DNA of 64,000 nt from an uncultured Bacillales bacterium (GCA_946624985.1 CAMOSQ010000003.1:1255-65254), one strand, 5' to 3'. Counted from the first letter of the stretch, positions 10,234 to 21,036 are shown. Program-made: numbers and translations. The notes: generated by a model from the sequence alone, not told the origin.

Positions 10234-13014
10234 ATGAAAAATAGAAAGAATAAGTTTTATTTATTGTTTGTTTTATGTTTTGTAATTGTTTTGGGTATTA
10301 TTATAATTCCTGGTTTAAAGAAAAATTATAAAGATGTTAAATCAAATAAATATTCAACTGCTCAAATAGAAGGATTTGAAAAAAATATATTTGGTTCTAC
10401 TGGTTGGGCTGTTATTGATTTAGAACTTAAGGAATCTACAGATGAAGGTTCAAATAAAGTTACAGATGTTAGTGCTGGTACTCCTTTTATGATATTAGGG
10501 GTTAATGGCTCATATTTTGAAATTAAATATGGAAATTATCATGGATATGTTGATAATAGTTATTGTATGATTAATCTTCCTGATGTTGTACCTAGTATTA
10601 AATATAATATAACTAATTCATATTCTAGTATTTATAAATCTTCTGGTATTGATATAGATGGTGTTACTGGTGAGACATTATATGGTACAAATTGTAATAA
10701 TAATTTATGTCAAGAAATTGGAACTGATGGAAAAGTTATGAATAATAAGATTAGTAGAAGTGAACATATTGCTCCTATTTTATATTCGGCTGCTTTAAAG
10801 ATTGCTCAGGCTCAGACTTTAGCAGTTAATGATGGATATAGTTTAATGATATATGATTCTTATAGACCAAGGAGTGTTAGTACATATATAGCGCAAAAAT
10901 TAAGCGATTTATATAGTAGAGATTCTATCGTTAAGAACGGTATTGATTTTAGTACTGGTGAATCTGGAACTCAATATAATTGGGGACAAGGTTGGTTTTT
11001 AGCTCAAGGATTGTCTACACATAATGTTGGTTCTGCTATTGACGTTACTTTATATAGCTTGAGTAATAATAGTGAGGTTAGTATGCCTACTGCTATGCAT
11101 GAACTTAGTACTGCAGCTATTAAGTATTATAGTCCTGAAGCACCGAAAGATTCTACAGGTTATTCTACAGGTATGAAAAATAATGAGGATGCACGAAGAC
11201 TTGATAATTATATGACTAGTGTAGGTATGGGAACTCTTGCTTCTGAATGGTGGCATTTTCAGGATAATGATGGATATAGTTTGTTAAGTAATGCGAATGG
11301 TGCTGATTTCCAAGTAACTAGCATTTTATCTGATTATGGTTTTTCAAATAATTTGACTGCTCCAGGTGATGTAAATGGTGATGGAAATATAAACGTTTCT
11401 GATGCAGAGTTAGTTTATAAATTTTATAAGTTCTTAGAAAGTAATACTTGCGATGGTTGTAATGAATTAAAAAATTATTCTGATGTTAATAGAAATAATT
11501 CTGTTGATTTAGATGATGTATATTTAATATTATCAACTATTGAATCTGATTTAATTACTTCGTCTTATACTATTGGTGATGATTATATTGACGTTGGAAC
11601 AGGTACTTTTGATGAAACAAAAGTAAGTTTATCAGATATTCAAAATTTAAGTTTAGATGTTGATAATGTAAATAATAAGGTTTTAATTAAGTATCATGGT
11701 GATGTAATTAAGGAATATGATATTGTTAGCTATAATTATCAAGGTAAGAACTTAGATAAAGATTATATATTTGCTAGTCCTAGTGAGGTTAGTGCTGATA
11801 AAGCCAGTGGAAAGTTTAGTTGTACTAATTGCTCTATTATTGTTGATCAGGATTACAACAAGGTTTATATAAAGAATGATATTAATAGTAATCAAAATTT
11901 AAGAGAGTTTGATTTAATTTATATGACAACTGGCTATAATATGGAAGGATCTTACATTGATGTTAATACTGAAAGTATTCAGGAATTTTTAAGTGGTATA
12001 TCTATTGTTAATTGTGATATTTGTGAGAGTTATATTAAAGATGGCGATAATATTAAAGATACTGGTAGTTTTATTGGTGGTGAAAAACTTGTTATAAGAA
12101 AAGATAGTAAAACTTTAAAGCAATATGATTTAATATTTAGGACTAGAAATGTTGTTATTTCTAAGAATTCACTTAATCTTGAATTAGACCAAGAAAAATC
12201 ATTTAATTTATCTGCAGATATCAAACCTAGTTATTCTACTAATAAGAATGTTACTTGGGAAAGTAGTGATCCTAGTGTTGCGACAGTTGATCAAAATGGA
12301 TTAGTTACTGCTGTAGGTGTTGGAAGTGCAAATATAACTGTAACAACAGAAGATGGTGAATTTTATGATGATTGTAGTGTTACTGTTGTTGAGTATTTTA
12401 CATGGCAAGTTGTTTATAGAAATAATGGTAGTGTTTATACCCAAAATTATAGAGCAGGTGAAAATGTTATTGTTAATGATATAGAATCTAAAAGGGAAGG
12501 TTATAGAATTGTTGGATGGAGATATAATAATCAAGATTATAGTTTAACTGATACTTTATCTATGCCAAGAATGCAAATTGAGTTAGAGGCTATATATGAA
12601 GAAATACCTAGTTTATCGGATTATACAATTGAAACTGTTGACAGTGTTAAATATATTAAGGATATTACTGTAAATACTAGTGTTTCTGATTTTACTTTAC
12701 AACTTGAATCTGGAAGAACTTTTAAAATATATGATGGTGATAATATCAAAACGTCTGGTAATATCGCTACTGGTAATGTTATTAAAATATATTCTGGAAA
12801 TGAACTTGTTGATGAATATCAAGTTGTAATTAAAGGCGATGTTAATGGCGATGGGGAAGTAAAGATAGGTGATGCAGTTAAAATTTATAAAAATCTATAT
12901 AATAATTTTTTTGGTGTTAGTGAGTGTATTAAAAAAGCTGCTGATTATAATGGTGATGGGGAAGTAAAAATAGGTGATTTTGTTAAAATTTATAAAGACT
13001 TATTTAATTCATGA
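10234..13014 (+). CDS. Secreted multidomain protein: M15 (VanY/D-Ala-D-Ala carboxypeptidase-like) peptidase + dockerin + Big_2 + C-terminal dockerin
   Basis: There is a signal/anchor sequence. The M15 motifs are SEHIAP, LSTHNVGSAIDV and EWWHF. The Ca-binding dockerin repeats are DVNGDGNINVSDAELVYKF/DVNRNNSVDLDDVYLI around aa 378-430 and GDVNGDGEVKIGDAVKIYK/DYNGDGEVKIGDFVKIYK at the C-terminus. The Big_2 Ig-like domain is NVTWESSDPSVATVDQNGLVTAVGVGSANITV. Confidence 0.7.
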   Translation: MKNRKNKFYLLFVLCFVIVLGIIIIPGLKKNYKDVKSNKYSTAQIEGFEKNIFGSTGWAVIDLELKESTDEGSNKVTDVSAGTPFMILGVNGSYFEIKYGNYHGYVDNSYCMINLPDVVPSIKYNITNSYSSIYKSSGIDIDGVTGETLYGTNCNNNLCQEIGTDGKVMNNKISRSEHIAPILYSAALKIAQAQTLAVNDGYSLMIYDSYRPRSVSTYIAQKLSDLYSRDSIVKNGIDFSTGESGTQYNWGQGWFLAQGLSTHNVGSAIDVTLYSLSNNSEVSMPTAMHELSTAAIKYYSPEAPKDSTGYSTGMKNNEDARRLDNYMTSVGMGTLASEWWHFQDNDGYSLLSNANGADFQVTSILSDYGFSNNLTAPGDVNGDGNINVSDAELVYKFYKFLESNTCDGCNELKNYSDVNRNNSVDLDDVYLILSTIESDLITSSYTIGDDYIDVGTGTFDETKVSLSDIQNLSLDVDNVNNKVLIKYHGDVIKEYDIVSYNYQGKNLDKDYIFASPSEVSADKASGKFSCTNCSIIVDQDYNKVYIKNDINSNQNLREFDLIYMTTGYNMEGSYIDVNTESIQEFLSGISIVNCDICESYIKDGDNIKDTGSFIGGEKLVIRKDSKTLKQYDLIFRTRNVVISKNSLNLELDQEKSFNLSADIKPSYSTNKNVTWESSDPSVATVDQNGLVTAVGVGSANITVTTEDGEFYDDCSVTVVEYFTWQVVYRNNGSVYTQNYRAGENVIVNDIESKREGYRIVGWRYNNQDYSLTDTLSMPRMQIELEAIYEEIPSLSDYTIETVDSVKYIKDITVNTSVSDFTLQLESGRTFKIYDGDNIKTSGNIATGNVIKIYSGNELVDEYQVVIKGDVNGDGEVKIGDAVKIYKNLYNNFFGVSECIKKAADYNGDGEVKIGDFVKIYKDLFNS

Positions 13015-13023
13015 TAAATATTA

Positions 13024-13050
13024 AGTAGATGTAAATCTACTTTTTTTACT
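13024..13050 (+). terminator. Rho-independent terminator
   Basis: AAGTAGAT-gtaa-ATCTACTT followed by TTTTTT. Confidence 0.7.
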
Positions 13051-13101
13051 TGTTTTTTTCATATTTTTATGTTATCATATATTTAGTAATGATAGAGGAG
13101 A

Positions 13102-13878
13102 GTGTTTATGATTAAATTTTTTAAAAAAATATTTGTTTTTGCTACGTTTGTTCTTTTTTTACCTTTATGTGTTAAAGCAGTGGATTATGGTTTGGGATTT
13201 ACTTGTCAAAAAAGTGATGGTACTGAATGTCCTAAACAGGGTACATCTTATGCAATTCCTAAGGGAGAGAAAGTTAAGCTTATTTTTGAGGTAACTGGTG
13301 AAGGTGTTTCTGGTTTTGAATCAAATGTTAGTTTACAAGCTGCTACTGGACCTTCAAATTTTGAATATAATGAATCTTTTTGGAATCTAACACAAGAAGG
13401 TGGCTTTTTGAATAATAAAATTATATTAGCTGGATCAAATAATTCAGGGGAACCAAAGTTTAGTTTTGATATTACTGCTGGTGATGCTGTCTATGCTTTT
13501 GTTACATTTAGTTCAATTGATATAAGTGATTCAGACGGTAATGATCATCCATTGCAAAATAATATCATTTATTCTTTTTATATTGTTTCCGATGATTCTG
13601 GAAATAGCGGCTCGGGTGCTAGTGGTGATACTGGAAATAATAATTCAGGTGATACTAATACAAATGATAACACTAACAGTAATACAAATACAAATACTAA
13701 TACTAATACTAAAAATGGTGATACAAAAGATAGTTCAGATTCTAATAAATCTAAAACAGATAATCCAGTTAATCCAAAAACAGGTGTAAAGGTTTCTATA
13801 TTTGGTATAATTTTTATGGGAATTGGATGTGTTTCTTATTTAGTTTTAAGAAAGAAAAATTATTTTAATAAAATATAA
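13102..13878 (+). CDS. Sortase-anchored surface protein (NPKTG sorting signal) with a Thr/Asn-rich repeat stalk
   Basis: It has a signal peptide and a low-complexity (NTNT)n segment. The C-terminal NPKTG motif is followed by a hydrophobic helix and a LRKKN tail, the classic cell-wall sorting signal. NPKTG is a sortase-B-type motif. Confidence 0.55.
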   Translation: MFMIKFFKKIFVFATFVLFLPLCVKAVDYGLGFTCQKSDGTECPKQGTSYAIPKGEKVKLIFEVTGEGVSGFESNVSLQAATGPSNFEYNESFWNLTQEGGFLNNKIILAGSNNSGEPKFSFDITAGDAVYAFVTFSSIDISDSDGNDHPLQNNIIYSFYIVSDDSGNSGSGASGDTGNNNSGDTNTNDNTNSNTNTNTNTNTKNGDTKDSSDSNKSKTDNPVNPKTGVKVSIFGIIFMGIGCVSYLVLRKKNYFNKI

Positions 13879-13903
13879 GTAGTTAAAAAAACTACTTTTT
13901 TTA
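13879..13903 (+). terminator. Rho-independent terminator
   Basis: GTAGTT-aaaaaaa-ACTAC followed by TTTTTTT. Confidence 0.65.
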
Positions 13904-13963
13904 TTTGACATATTTTTTTGTTTGTGTTAATATATTTGAAATTTTAAGGAAAGGGGATGAATT

Positions 13964-14440
13964 ATGGATAATACTAATTATTTGAGTGCTTTAACAAATG
14001 TTATAGATGTAAGAATTTATAAGAAGAAAGGTTCTCATATTGCTCATTTTGATATTCCATTTTTACTTGATTTATTTGAGAAAGTTGCTGCTAAAAAGAA
14101 TTATTGTTGTAATATTAATGGTTTAAAAACTTCTCTTGATATGATTAAGAATGATGGTACTAGTAATATAGAATTAAGCATGTTTTTAGCTACTCAATTA
14201 TCATATCAATATGCACTTTTTTTTAAGTATTTAATAAGTAAAGGTGAAAATGATTTTGATTGGGTTTATTCTTTTAATGATAGTTCTGATTCGCTTTTAA
14301 CAATATATGGTATTAATAATGTTATAGCATCTATTGGTGCTGGTATTGCTTCATATTGTGAGAGAGTTGGAGGAATTGATTTAAAGCAATTTTTCATGAG
14401 TCAATTGGATTCTTTAAATGCAAAATCTATTACTAAATAA
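13964..14440 (+). CDS. Hypothetical cytoplasmic protein
   Basis: It is a 158-aa ORF with a RBS and no recognisable motif. Confidence 0.4.
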   Translation: MDNTNYLSALTNVIDVRIYKKKGSHIAHFDIPFLLDLFEKVAAKKNYCCNINGLKTSLDMIKNDGTSNIELSMFLATQLSYQYALFFKYLISKGENDFDWVYSFNDSSDSLLTIYGINNVIASIGAGIASYCERVGGIDLKQFFMSQLDSLNAKSITK

Positions 14441-14505
14441 AGACTAATGGTCTTTTTTTTTTTTTTTTATTTTGTTATAATAGTTTTGTTTATGAAGGTG
14501 ATTTT

Positions 14506-15528
14506 ATGAAGACAAGTGATTTTGATTTTGAGTTACCACAGGAGTTAATTGCTCAAACTCCTATTTTAAATAGGGATCAGTCTAGATTGTTGGTTTTGGA
14601 TAAGAATACTGGGGATATTGAACATCATATTTTTAAGGATGTTATAGATTATTTAAATCCTGGTGATGTTTTGGTTATTAATGACACTAAGGTTATTCCA
14701 GCACGTCTTATGGGTGTTAAGGAGGATACTGGTGCGATTATTGAGTTATTGCTTCTTAAAGATTTAGGAGATGATGTTTGGGAATGTTTGTCTAGACCTC
14801 AAAAGAGATTACATATTGGTACTATTGTTAAGTTTAGTGATGAATTAAGTGCCTCTGTTGTTGAGATACTTGATGACGGTGTTACTAGAGTTAAGCTTTT
14901 ATATGATGGAATACTTTTAGAAATTTTGGATAGATTAGGTGAGATGCCACTTCCTCCTTATATTCATGAAAAATTAAGTGATAAGGATAGATATAATACT
15001 GTGTATGCTAAAAACATTGGTAGTGCGGCTGCTCCTACTGCGGGATTGCATTTTACTAATGAATTGTTATCTGAATTAAGGAGTAAGGGAGTTATTATTA
15101 CTAATGTTACATTGCACGTTGGACTTGGAACTTTTAGACCTGTTGAAGTTGATGATATAAATAATCATCATATGCATTCTGAATATTATGAAATGAGTAG
15201 TGAGACTGCTGATATATTAAATAATGCTAAAGAATTAGGTAATAAGATTATAGCAGTTGGTACTACAAGTACTAGAACTTTAGAAACTATTATTAATAAG
15301 TATGGTAAGTTTGTAGAGTGTTCTGGTAATACTGATATATTTATTTATCCTGGATATAAATTTAAAGCAATTGATTCATTAATTACAAATTTTCATTTAC
15401 CTAAATCAACTTTGGTAATGCTTGTAAGTGCTTTGGCTGGTAAGGATAATATTTTAAATGCTTATAAAATAGCTGTTGATGAAAAGTATAGATTTTTCTC
15501 TTTTGGAGATGCAATGTTAATTAAATAA
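14506..15528 (+). CDS. queA: S-adenosylmethionine:tRNA ribosyltransferase-isomerase
   Basis: The N-terminus [14 protein letters not shown], the LHFT segment and the VGTTSTR segment are QueA hallmarks. Length is 340 aa. Confidence 0.9.
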   Translation: MKTSDFDFELPQELIAQTPILNRDQSRLLVLDKNTGDIEHHIFKDVIDYLNPGDVLVINDTKVIPARLMGVKEDTGAIIELLLLKDLGDDVWECLSRPQKRLHIGTIVKFSDELSASVVEILDDGVTRVKLLYDGILLEILDRLGEMPLPPYIHEKLSDKDRYNTVYAKNIGSAAAPTAGLHFTNELLSELRSKGVIITNVTLHVGLGTFRPVEVDDINNHHMHSEYYEMSSETADILNNAKELGNKIIAVGTTSTRTLETIINKYGKFVECSGNTDIFIYPGYKFKAIDSLITNFHLPKSTLVMLVSALAGKDNILNAYKIAVDEKYRFFSFGDAMLIK

Positions 15529-15544
15529 GTTTTTTGGGGGATTT

Positions 15545-16486
15545 ATGGATAGATTAAATGAAATAATGTTACAATATGTTTTAAAGAGAAGACTTTTTGA
15601 TATATCTGATTATTCTTCTATTGAAACTATGTCTAAAATAATTCTTGATTCGAGAGTTCCTAATTTTAGAGATAAGAGAAAAAATAGATTTGGGTTAACT
15701 AATTCATATAAGTTAGCTTATGAGTTTTTCTATTCACTTGATCCAGAGTATGCTTCATATTTTGTTGAACGCTCTAATAGCGGAGATATTTATTTGAAGT
15801 ATTTTAAGGGTAATACTGAAAATGCATATTCTTTTATTGGTAAAGATGGACGTAAAAAAATTTATTTTCCTTATGGATTAGATATTTGTGATTGTTTTAT
15901 TTTAGTACATGAAATGTTTCATGATATGAATTTGGATTTAGAGAATAGTACACTTACTAGACATTTGTTTACTGAATATATTTCTTTTTTTGGTGAGTAT
16001 CTTTTTAAAGATTTTATTGATAATAAGTATGGAATTGATTTTTCTATTAGTTCTAAATATACTTATAATGGGTGTTATATGAAAGCAGTAAGTGTTCATT
16101 TCCAATTAACGCTTGTTAAGAAGTTTTTGGATAAAGGATATTTAGATGATTACGATATTGCGCGAATTATCAATCAATATAATCCTTTATATCGTGAAAT
16201 GTTACTGTCTCTTTATCGTCAGATTTATACAAATGGTGATTTATGTTTGGAATATGATTATAGATATGTTATTGCGGTATTACTTTCTTGTCATACAAGG
16301 GATTTAATGAAGGAAAAAAGATATGATGTTGATTTATTTAAATTTTTAAATGAAAATATTAATTATTTATATCCTGAGGAATTTTATAGTATGCTTGATC
16401 TTGATGTTGTAGATGAGTGTAATTTGGATCTTTCTCGTGCTTCTTATGATAGGTTACGTAAATCATATTGTAAATATATGAGGTGA
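15545..16486 (+). CDS. Hypothetical protein with an HExxH motif (possible metallopeptidase-like)
   Basis: The ILVHEMFHD motif is present. No other family signature is recognised. Confidence 0.35.
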   Translation: MDRLNEIMLQYVLKRRLFDISDYSSIETMSKIILDSRVPNFRDKRKNRFGLTNSYKLAYEFFYSLDPEYASYFVERSNSGDIYLKYFKGNTENAYSFIGKDGRKKIYFPYGLDICDCFILVHEMFHDMNLDLENSTLTRHLFTEYISFFGEYLFKDFIDNKYGIDFSISSKYTYNGCYMKAVSVHFQLTLVKKFLDKGYLDDYDIARIINQYNPLYREMLLSLYRQIYTNGDLCLEYDYRYVIAVLLSCHTRDLMKEKRYDVDLFKFLNENINYLYPEEFYSMLDLDVVDECNLDLSRASYDRLRKSYCKYMR

Positions 16487-16490
16487 TTTT

Positions 16491-17369
16491 ATGGTTATAG
16501 TTGTTGTTGGTCCTACTGCTGTTGGCAAGACTAAGATGGGGATTCTTCTTGCTAAAAAGTATAATGGTGAAGTTATAAATGCTGATAGTACTCAGGTATA
16601 TAGAGATTTAAATATTGCGACTGCTAAGGTCACTAAAACTGAAATGGAAGGAGTTGTTCATCATTTAATTGATATTTGTGATATTAATGATGATTATACT
16701 GTTTTTGATTTTCAAAGAGATTGCAGAAATTGTATATCTGATATTTTATCTCGTGGTAAGGTTCCTATAATTGTTGGTGGAACTGGTTTATATGTTAAGG
16801 CTGCTTTATATGATTATAAATTTGATGTTTTAAATGTTAAATTTGATTATAGTTCTTATAGTGACGAAGAATTATATAATAGATTAATTAGTATTGATCC
16901 TGATACTAGCGTTCATAAAAATAATCGAAAAAGAGTAGAGCGTGCTTTATCTTATTATGATTCTACTGGTAATTTACTAAGTTCTAAGGATAAGACGAAT
17001 GATTTATTGTATGATTGTATATTTGTTGGACTTACTACATCTAGGGAGATTTTATATGATAGAATTAATAAAAGGGTAGATTCAATGATTGATTTGGGAT
17101 TAATAGATGAGGCTAAATCTATTTATAATACTGGAGTTAGGAGTAAAGCTGTTATGACTCCTATTGGATATAAAGAATTGTTTTCTTATTTTGATGGTAA
17201 ATCGGATTTGACAAGTTGTATAGATTTGATTAAGCAAAAAAGTAGAAATTATGCTAAAAGGCAATATACCTGGTTTAATAATCAGATGAATATTAATTGG
17301 TTTGATGTTGATTTTGATAATTTTTCTAATACGGTTCAAAAAGTAATTAATTTTATAGATGTAAAGTAG
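16491..17369 (+). CDS. miaA: tRNA dimethylallyltransferase
   Basis: The P-loop is GPTAVGKT. Length and general profile fit MiaA. Confidence 0.9.
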   Translation: MVIVVVGPTAVGKTKMGILLAKKYNGEVINADSTQVYRDLNIATAKVTKTEMEGVVHHLIDICDINDDYTVFDFQRDCRNCISDILSRGKVPIIVGGTGLYVKAALYDYKFDVLNVKFDYSSYSDEELYNRLISIDPDTSVHKNNRKRVERALSYYDSTGNLLSSKDKTNDLLYDCIFVGLTTSREILYDRINKRVDSMIDLGLIDEAKSIYNTGVRSKAVMTPIGYKELFSYFDGKSDLTSCIDLIKQKSRNYAKRQYTWFNNQMNINWFDVDFDNFSNTVQKVINFIDVK

Positions 17370-17451
17370 AGTGTAAATCTATTATAATGATTTACATTTT
17401 TTGTTGATATTTTTTTTATTTTTGATACAATGTATTTAAGAAGGTGGATTT

Positions 17452-17904
17452 ATGGAAAAGTTTAAAGATAGTGGTTATTCTACTCATGGACATTTTAGAG
17501 CTGAATTATTTATTATTTCTTTTGCTTTATTGGTTGTTGGATTATTTGTTTTTCCTAAGGCTAAAGGTGTTATTTTAGATATTAAGCTTAATAGCGCAAT
17601 TGACAGTGTAAATTCATATAAGGAAAGTATTGATAGTTTTTATGTAAGTAAATTAATTTATGATAATTCTTTTAAGTTAGATGGTGTATATAATATATCT
17701 GATGGGGCATTAGTTTATAATGATAATATTTATAATATTATGGTTTCCGGTAATGTTCCAAATAGTGGATATTTATACTATCAAGATAATGTTTTGAAGG
17801 ATGGTTGTGTTGTTGTTGGCAATTATTCTGTAAAAGTATTGAATGGTCAGGTAGAGTCAGCAACTGTTGGAGCTTGTGATAGTACTATTGCTTATGGCAT
17901 ATAA
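17452..17904 (+). CDS. Small secreted/membrane protein, possibly a prepilin-like (type IV pilin/pseudopilin-like) N-terminus
   Basis: In STHG|HFRAELFIISFALLVVGLFVF there is a G followed by a hydrophobic helix with Glu at +5 after the putative cleavage site. This is a weak match to the class III signal peptide. Confidence 0.3.
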   Translation: MEKFKDSGYSTHGHFRAELFIISFALLVVGLFVFPKAKGVILDIKLNSAIDSVNSYKESIDSFYVSKLIYDNSFKLDGVYNISDGALVYNDNIYNIMVSGNVPNSGYLYYQDNVLKDGCVVVGNYSVKVLNGQVESATVGACDSTIAYGI

Positions 17905-17939
17905 AAAAATGAGATTTTTGATCTCATTTTAATTTTTTA
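17904..17939. terminator. Bidirectional terminator between the pilin-like gene (+) and rnj (-)
   Basis: ATGAGAT-ttttg-ATCTCAT has A-run and T-run on either side. Confidence 0.7.
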
Positions 17940-19620
17940 CTTTAATTTCTTTTTTTATGTCCATTATTACTGGTAGGATTATCGGTTTTCTACCTGTTTT
18001 ATCTAATATATATTCTGTTAAATTAGATACTATTTCTGTTTTTATTTCGTTGTAATTGATATGTTCTTTTATTTTTGTATTTATTACTTGTTTTACTATT
18101 TCTTCTAGTTGTTTTAGTAATTCTTGATTATCATTTACTAATACAAATCCTCTTGTAGTAATGTTTGGATTTCCTAATAGTATGTTGTTTTTTGTATCTA
18201 TATTTGCGATAATTACTACTATTCCATCGCTTGCCATTATTTTTCTATCTTTCATTACAGCATTTCCAACACTACCAATTCTATTTCCATCTACATAAAC
18301 GTCTCCTGCTTGTATTTTTTCATTTGATTTTGTTATTTTTCCTTTATGCATTATTAATACATCACCATTTTCAAGTACGAATGTGTTTTCTCTTGGTATT
18401 CCACATGATACTCCTAAGTCTGCATGTGTTTTTAGCATTCTATGTTCTCCATGAAACGGCATAAAGTATTTTGGATTAATTAGTCTAATCATTAGTTTTA
18501 GTTCTTCTTGATTTCCATGTCCACTTGTATGTACATCATTTAATGATGTGTTTGTATATACTTTTACACCTTTTAGATATAGTTTATTTATTGTTCTTGA
18601 TATACTAACTGCATTTCCTGGAATAGCTGATGATGAGAAAACAACTAAATCATTTTCTTTTAATTTTATTTGTTTATGTGTTCCAATTGCGATTCTTGAT
18701 AGAGCTGCAAGTGGTTCTCCTTGTGTTCCAGTGCATAGTAGGCATACTTTTTCTCCAGGAAGTGTATTTGATTCTTCTGGTGTTATGAATATTTCTTTGT
18801 GTTTTATATATCCATCTTGAATTGATATTTCGATGTTGTTTTCCATACTTCTTCCAAAAATTGCGATTTTTCTATCATTTCTTTTACAGGTATCTACTAT
18901 GTGTTTTAGTCTGTATATGTTAGAGGCAAATGTCGCAATTATTATTCTTCCATGATGACCTTTAAATATTTCTCCTAATGTTTGATCTACTTTTGATTCA
19001 CTTGTTGAAAATCCAGGATTTAGAGCGTTTGTGCTGTCACTTAGTAGTAGTGTAACTCCTTCTTTTCCAATTTGAGCCATTTTATGTAAATTTGCCATTG
19101 GTCCAATTGGTGTTAGGTCAAATTTAAAGTCTCCTGTTGTTACTATTGTTCCATTTGGTGTTTTTATACAGATTCCGTGTGAATCTGGTATTGAGTGTGT
19201 AGTCATAAAAAATTCTACTTCTATATATTTAAATTTTACTTTTGTATCTTCATTATATGTTATTAGATTATCGTATCTGATACCTCTATCTTCTAGTTTT
19301 CTTCTTATTAATCCAACTGCTTGATTTGGTGCATATATTTTTGGTATTTCTATGTTTTGTAGTAGAAATGGTATTGCGCCTATGTGGTCTTCGTGACCAT
19401 GTGTTATAAAAACAGCTTTTATTTTATTTTCATTTTGTTTTAAAAAAGTAAAGTCTGGAATTATATAGTTTACTCCAGGTAATTCTCCTTGTGGAAATGT
19501 TATACCGACATCCGTAATAATTATTTCATTTTTATGCATTACACAATACATATTTTTGCCGACTTCTCCAAGTCCGCCTAGTGCGAAAATTAAAGTTTTT
19601 TCGTCTTCAAATAATTTCAT
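17929..19620 (-). CDS. rnj: Ribonuclease J (metallo-beta-lactamase/beta-CASP RNase)
   Basis: The HxHxDH motif (THGHEDHIG) is present, and the beta-CASP and C-terminal domains are there. Length is 563 aa. Confidence 0.9.
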   Translation of the reverse strand: MKLFEDEKTLIFALGGLGEVGKNMYCVMHKNEIIITDVGITFPQGELPGVNYIIPDFTFLKQNENKIKAVFITHGHEDHIGAIPFLLQNIEIPKIYAPNQAVGLIRRKLEDRGIRYDNLITYNEDTKVKFKYIEVEFFMTTHSIPDSHGICIKTPNGTIVTTGDFKFDLTPIGPMANLHKMAQIGKEGVTLLLSDSTNALNPGFSTSESKVDQTLGEIFKGHHGRIIIATFASNIYRLKHIVDTCKRNDRKIAIFGRSMENNIEISIQDGYIKHKEIFITPEESNTLPGEKVCLLCTGTQGEPLAALSRIAIGTHKQIKLKENDLVVFSSSAIPGNAVSISRTINKLYLKGVKVYTNTSLNDVHTSGHGNQEELKLMIRLINPKYFMPFHGEHRMLKTHADLGVSCGIPRENTFVLENGDVLIMHKGKITKSNEKIQAGDVYVDGNRIGSVGNAVMKDRKIMASDGIVVIIANIDTKNNILLGNPNITTRGFVLVNDNQELLKQLEEIVKQVINTKIKEHINYNEIKTEIVSNLTEYILDKTGRKPIILPVIMDIKKEIKVKN

Positions 19621-19824
19621 TATTAACTCCTTTCTTTTTTGTATAGGACTTTATAATTATACAGTTTTTTTATTAATTTGTCCATATTTTTATTTTAATT
19701 GTTTTATATATAGTCTTATTGAAAGTAATTAAGTTGAATTCCATTAACTTTAGATGATGGGTAGTTCATAAGATATGTTTTTAAAGTTTTTTCATTTGTA
19801 ATAATTTTTAACATATTATTTAGT

Positions 19825-20208
19825 ATGTATAGTAAAGAAATTGAGGATAAGTTAAAACAAATAAAGATAGAGGATTTTATTTGGGTTATATATATTGGTA
19901 TTATTGCGCTTAGTTATTATTCAAATTATTTGGAAAAAAGGTTTTATGTTTGTAATGATTTTAATAGTAAGGATAAATATAGGAAGATAATGATTGTTAT
20001 TTTTTCTATATTAATTATTGTTTATTTTTATTTTCTTAAGGATTCTTATGATAGTGTTAGAAATTTAAATGATTCTGATACAGAAAAAAAGAAAAGATTA
20101 GTTTATTTATCTCTTCTTGCATCCTTATTAATATTTATTAGTGGAATAATATTTTTATATATTGCGATATCTGATACTGATTTAAATGTTGAACTTGCTT
20201 TTAATTAA
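19825..20208 (+). CDS. Hypothetical small membrane protein
   Basis: Three predicted TM helices, no motif. Confidence 0.35.
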   Translation: MYSKEIEDKLKQIKIEDFIWVIYIGIIALSYYSNYLEKRFYVCNDFNSKDKYRKIMIVIFSILIIVYFYFLKDSYDSVRNLNDSDTEKKKRLVYLSLLASLLIFISGIIFLYIAISDTDLNVELAFN

Positions 20209-20898
20209 TTATAGTGTTGTTCCAAGTATGAAAATACATATAAGCGCTATTAAAAGAGGGATAAGTGGTAAAAGTAGTACAATTATAGGTGCTAAAATAT
20301 TTGTTCCACCTTTTTGTTTTACTAGTTGTGTTAATTGATTAAATCCTAAGTCTGGATTATTTTGTTTGATTTTTCCAATTCTTTCTACTACTTCATTAAA
20401 GTAGAATTTTTTAAATATTATTCCTAAAAATAATCTAAATATTAAGATTAATGAATAATATATTATTATGTATGTGCTTAAGCCTTTTAATGCTGAAATA
20501 TTTCTAATGTTTTGTAATTCATATAATCTTCCTTGCGTAGTAAATGTAAAGAATCCAGAGATTGCGAATATTATTATATATATTATTATCGCAACTGCAT
20601 ATAATTTTCTATATAGGAAGTATAATGGTCCAAATAGGAATGCCCATAGTGAGAATTTTCCTTTTCTAAAATTATAGTATTTATCTCCTATATATATTTG
20701 TACTAATTCATCAAATTCTTTTTGATTTTGCAGTTTTCTATCTACTTCTTTTTGGTCTACTGGATTTTGATTATATACTCCTAAATTTCTTGTTGCGAAT
20801 TGATTGTCTTGTTGTGGTGAGTTATTTCTATTATATCCGCAATTACTACAAATTATTTCGTTGTCTTTTAATTCATTTCCACATTTTAAACATCTCAT
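20209..20898 (-). CDS. Zinc-ribbon-containing membrane protein
   Basis: There is an N-terminal CxxC...CxxC ribbon (CLKCGNE...CSNCG) followed by several TM helices. Confidence 0.5.
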   Translation of the reverse strand: MRCLKCGNELKDNEIICSNCGYNRNNSPQQDNQFATRNLGVYNQNPVDQKEVDRKLQNQKEFDELVQIYIGDKYYNFRKGKFSLWAFLFGPLYFLYRKLYAVAIIIYIIIFAISGFFTFTTQGRLYELQNIRNISALKGLSTYIIIYYSLILIFRLFLGIIFKKFYFNEVVERIGKIKQNNPDLGFNQLTQLVKQKGGTNILAPIIVLLLPLIPLLIALICIFILGTTL

Positions 20899-21036
20899 AA
20901 ATATTCTCCTTATCTTTATTTTAGTTTATCATATATCATCTATTTTTTTCAATATTTATTTTAAAAATATTATTCTATTTACATATTTTTTTATTTATGA
21001 TAAAATATTGTAAGTGATAATAAGGGAGGAAATGTT

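Noticed and set aside
13526-13789. 87-aa ORF and a tandem AATACAAATACT DNA repeat
   Set aside because: It is an alternate-frame artefact of the (NT)n coding repeat of the sortase-anchored protein. It is not a CRISPR array, as there are no unique spacers and the unit is about 6 nt.
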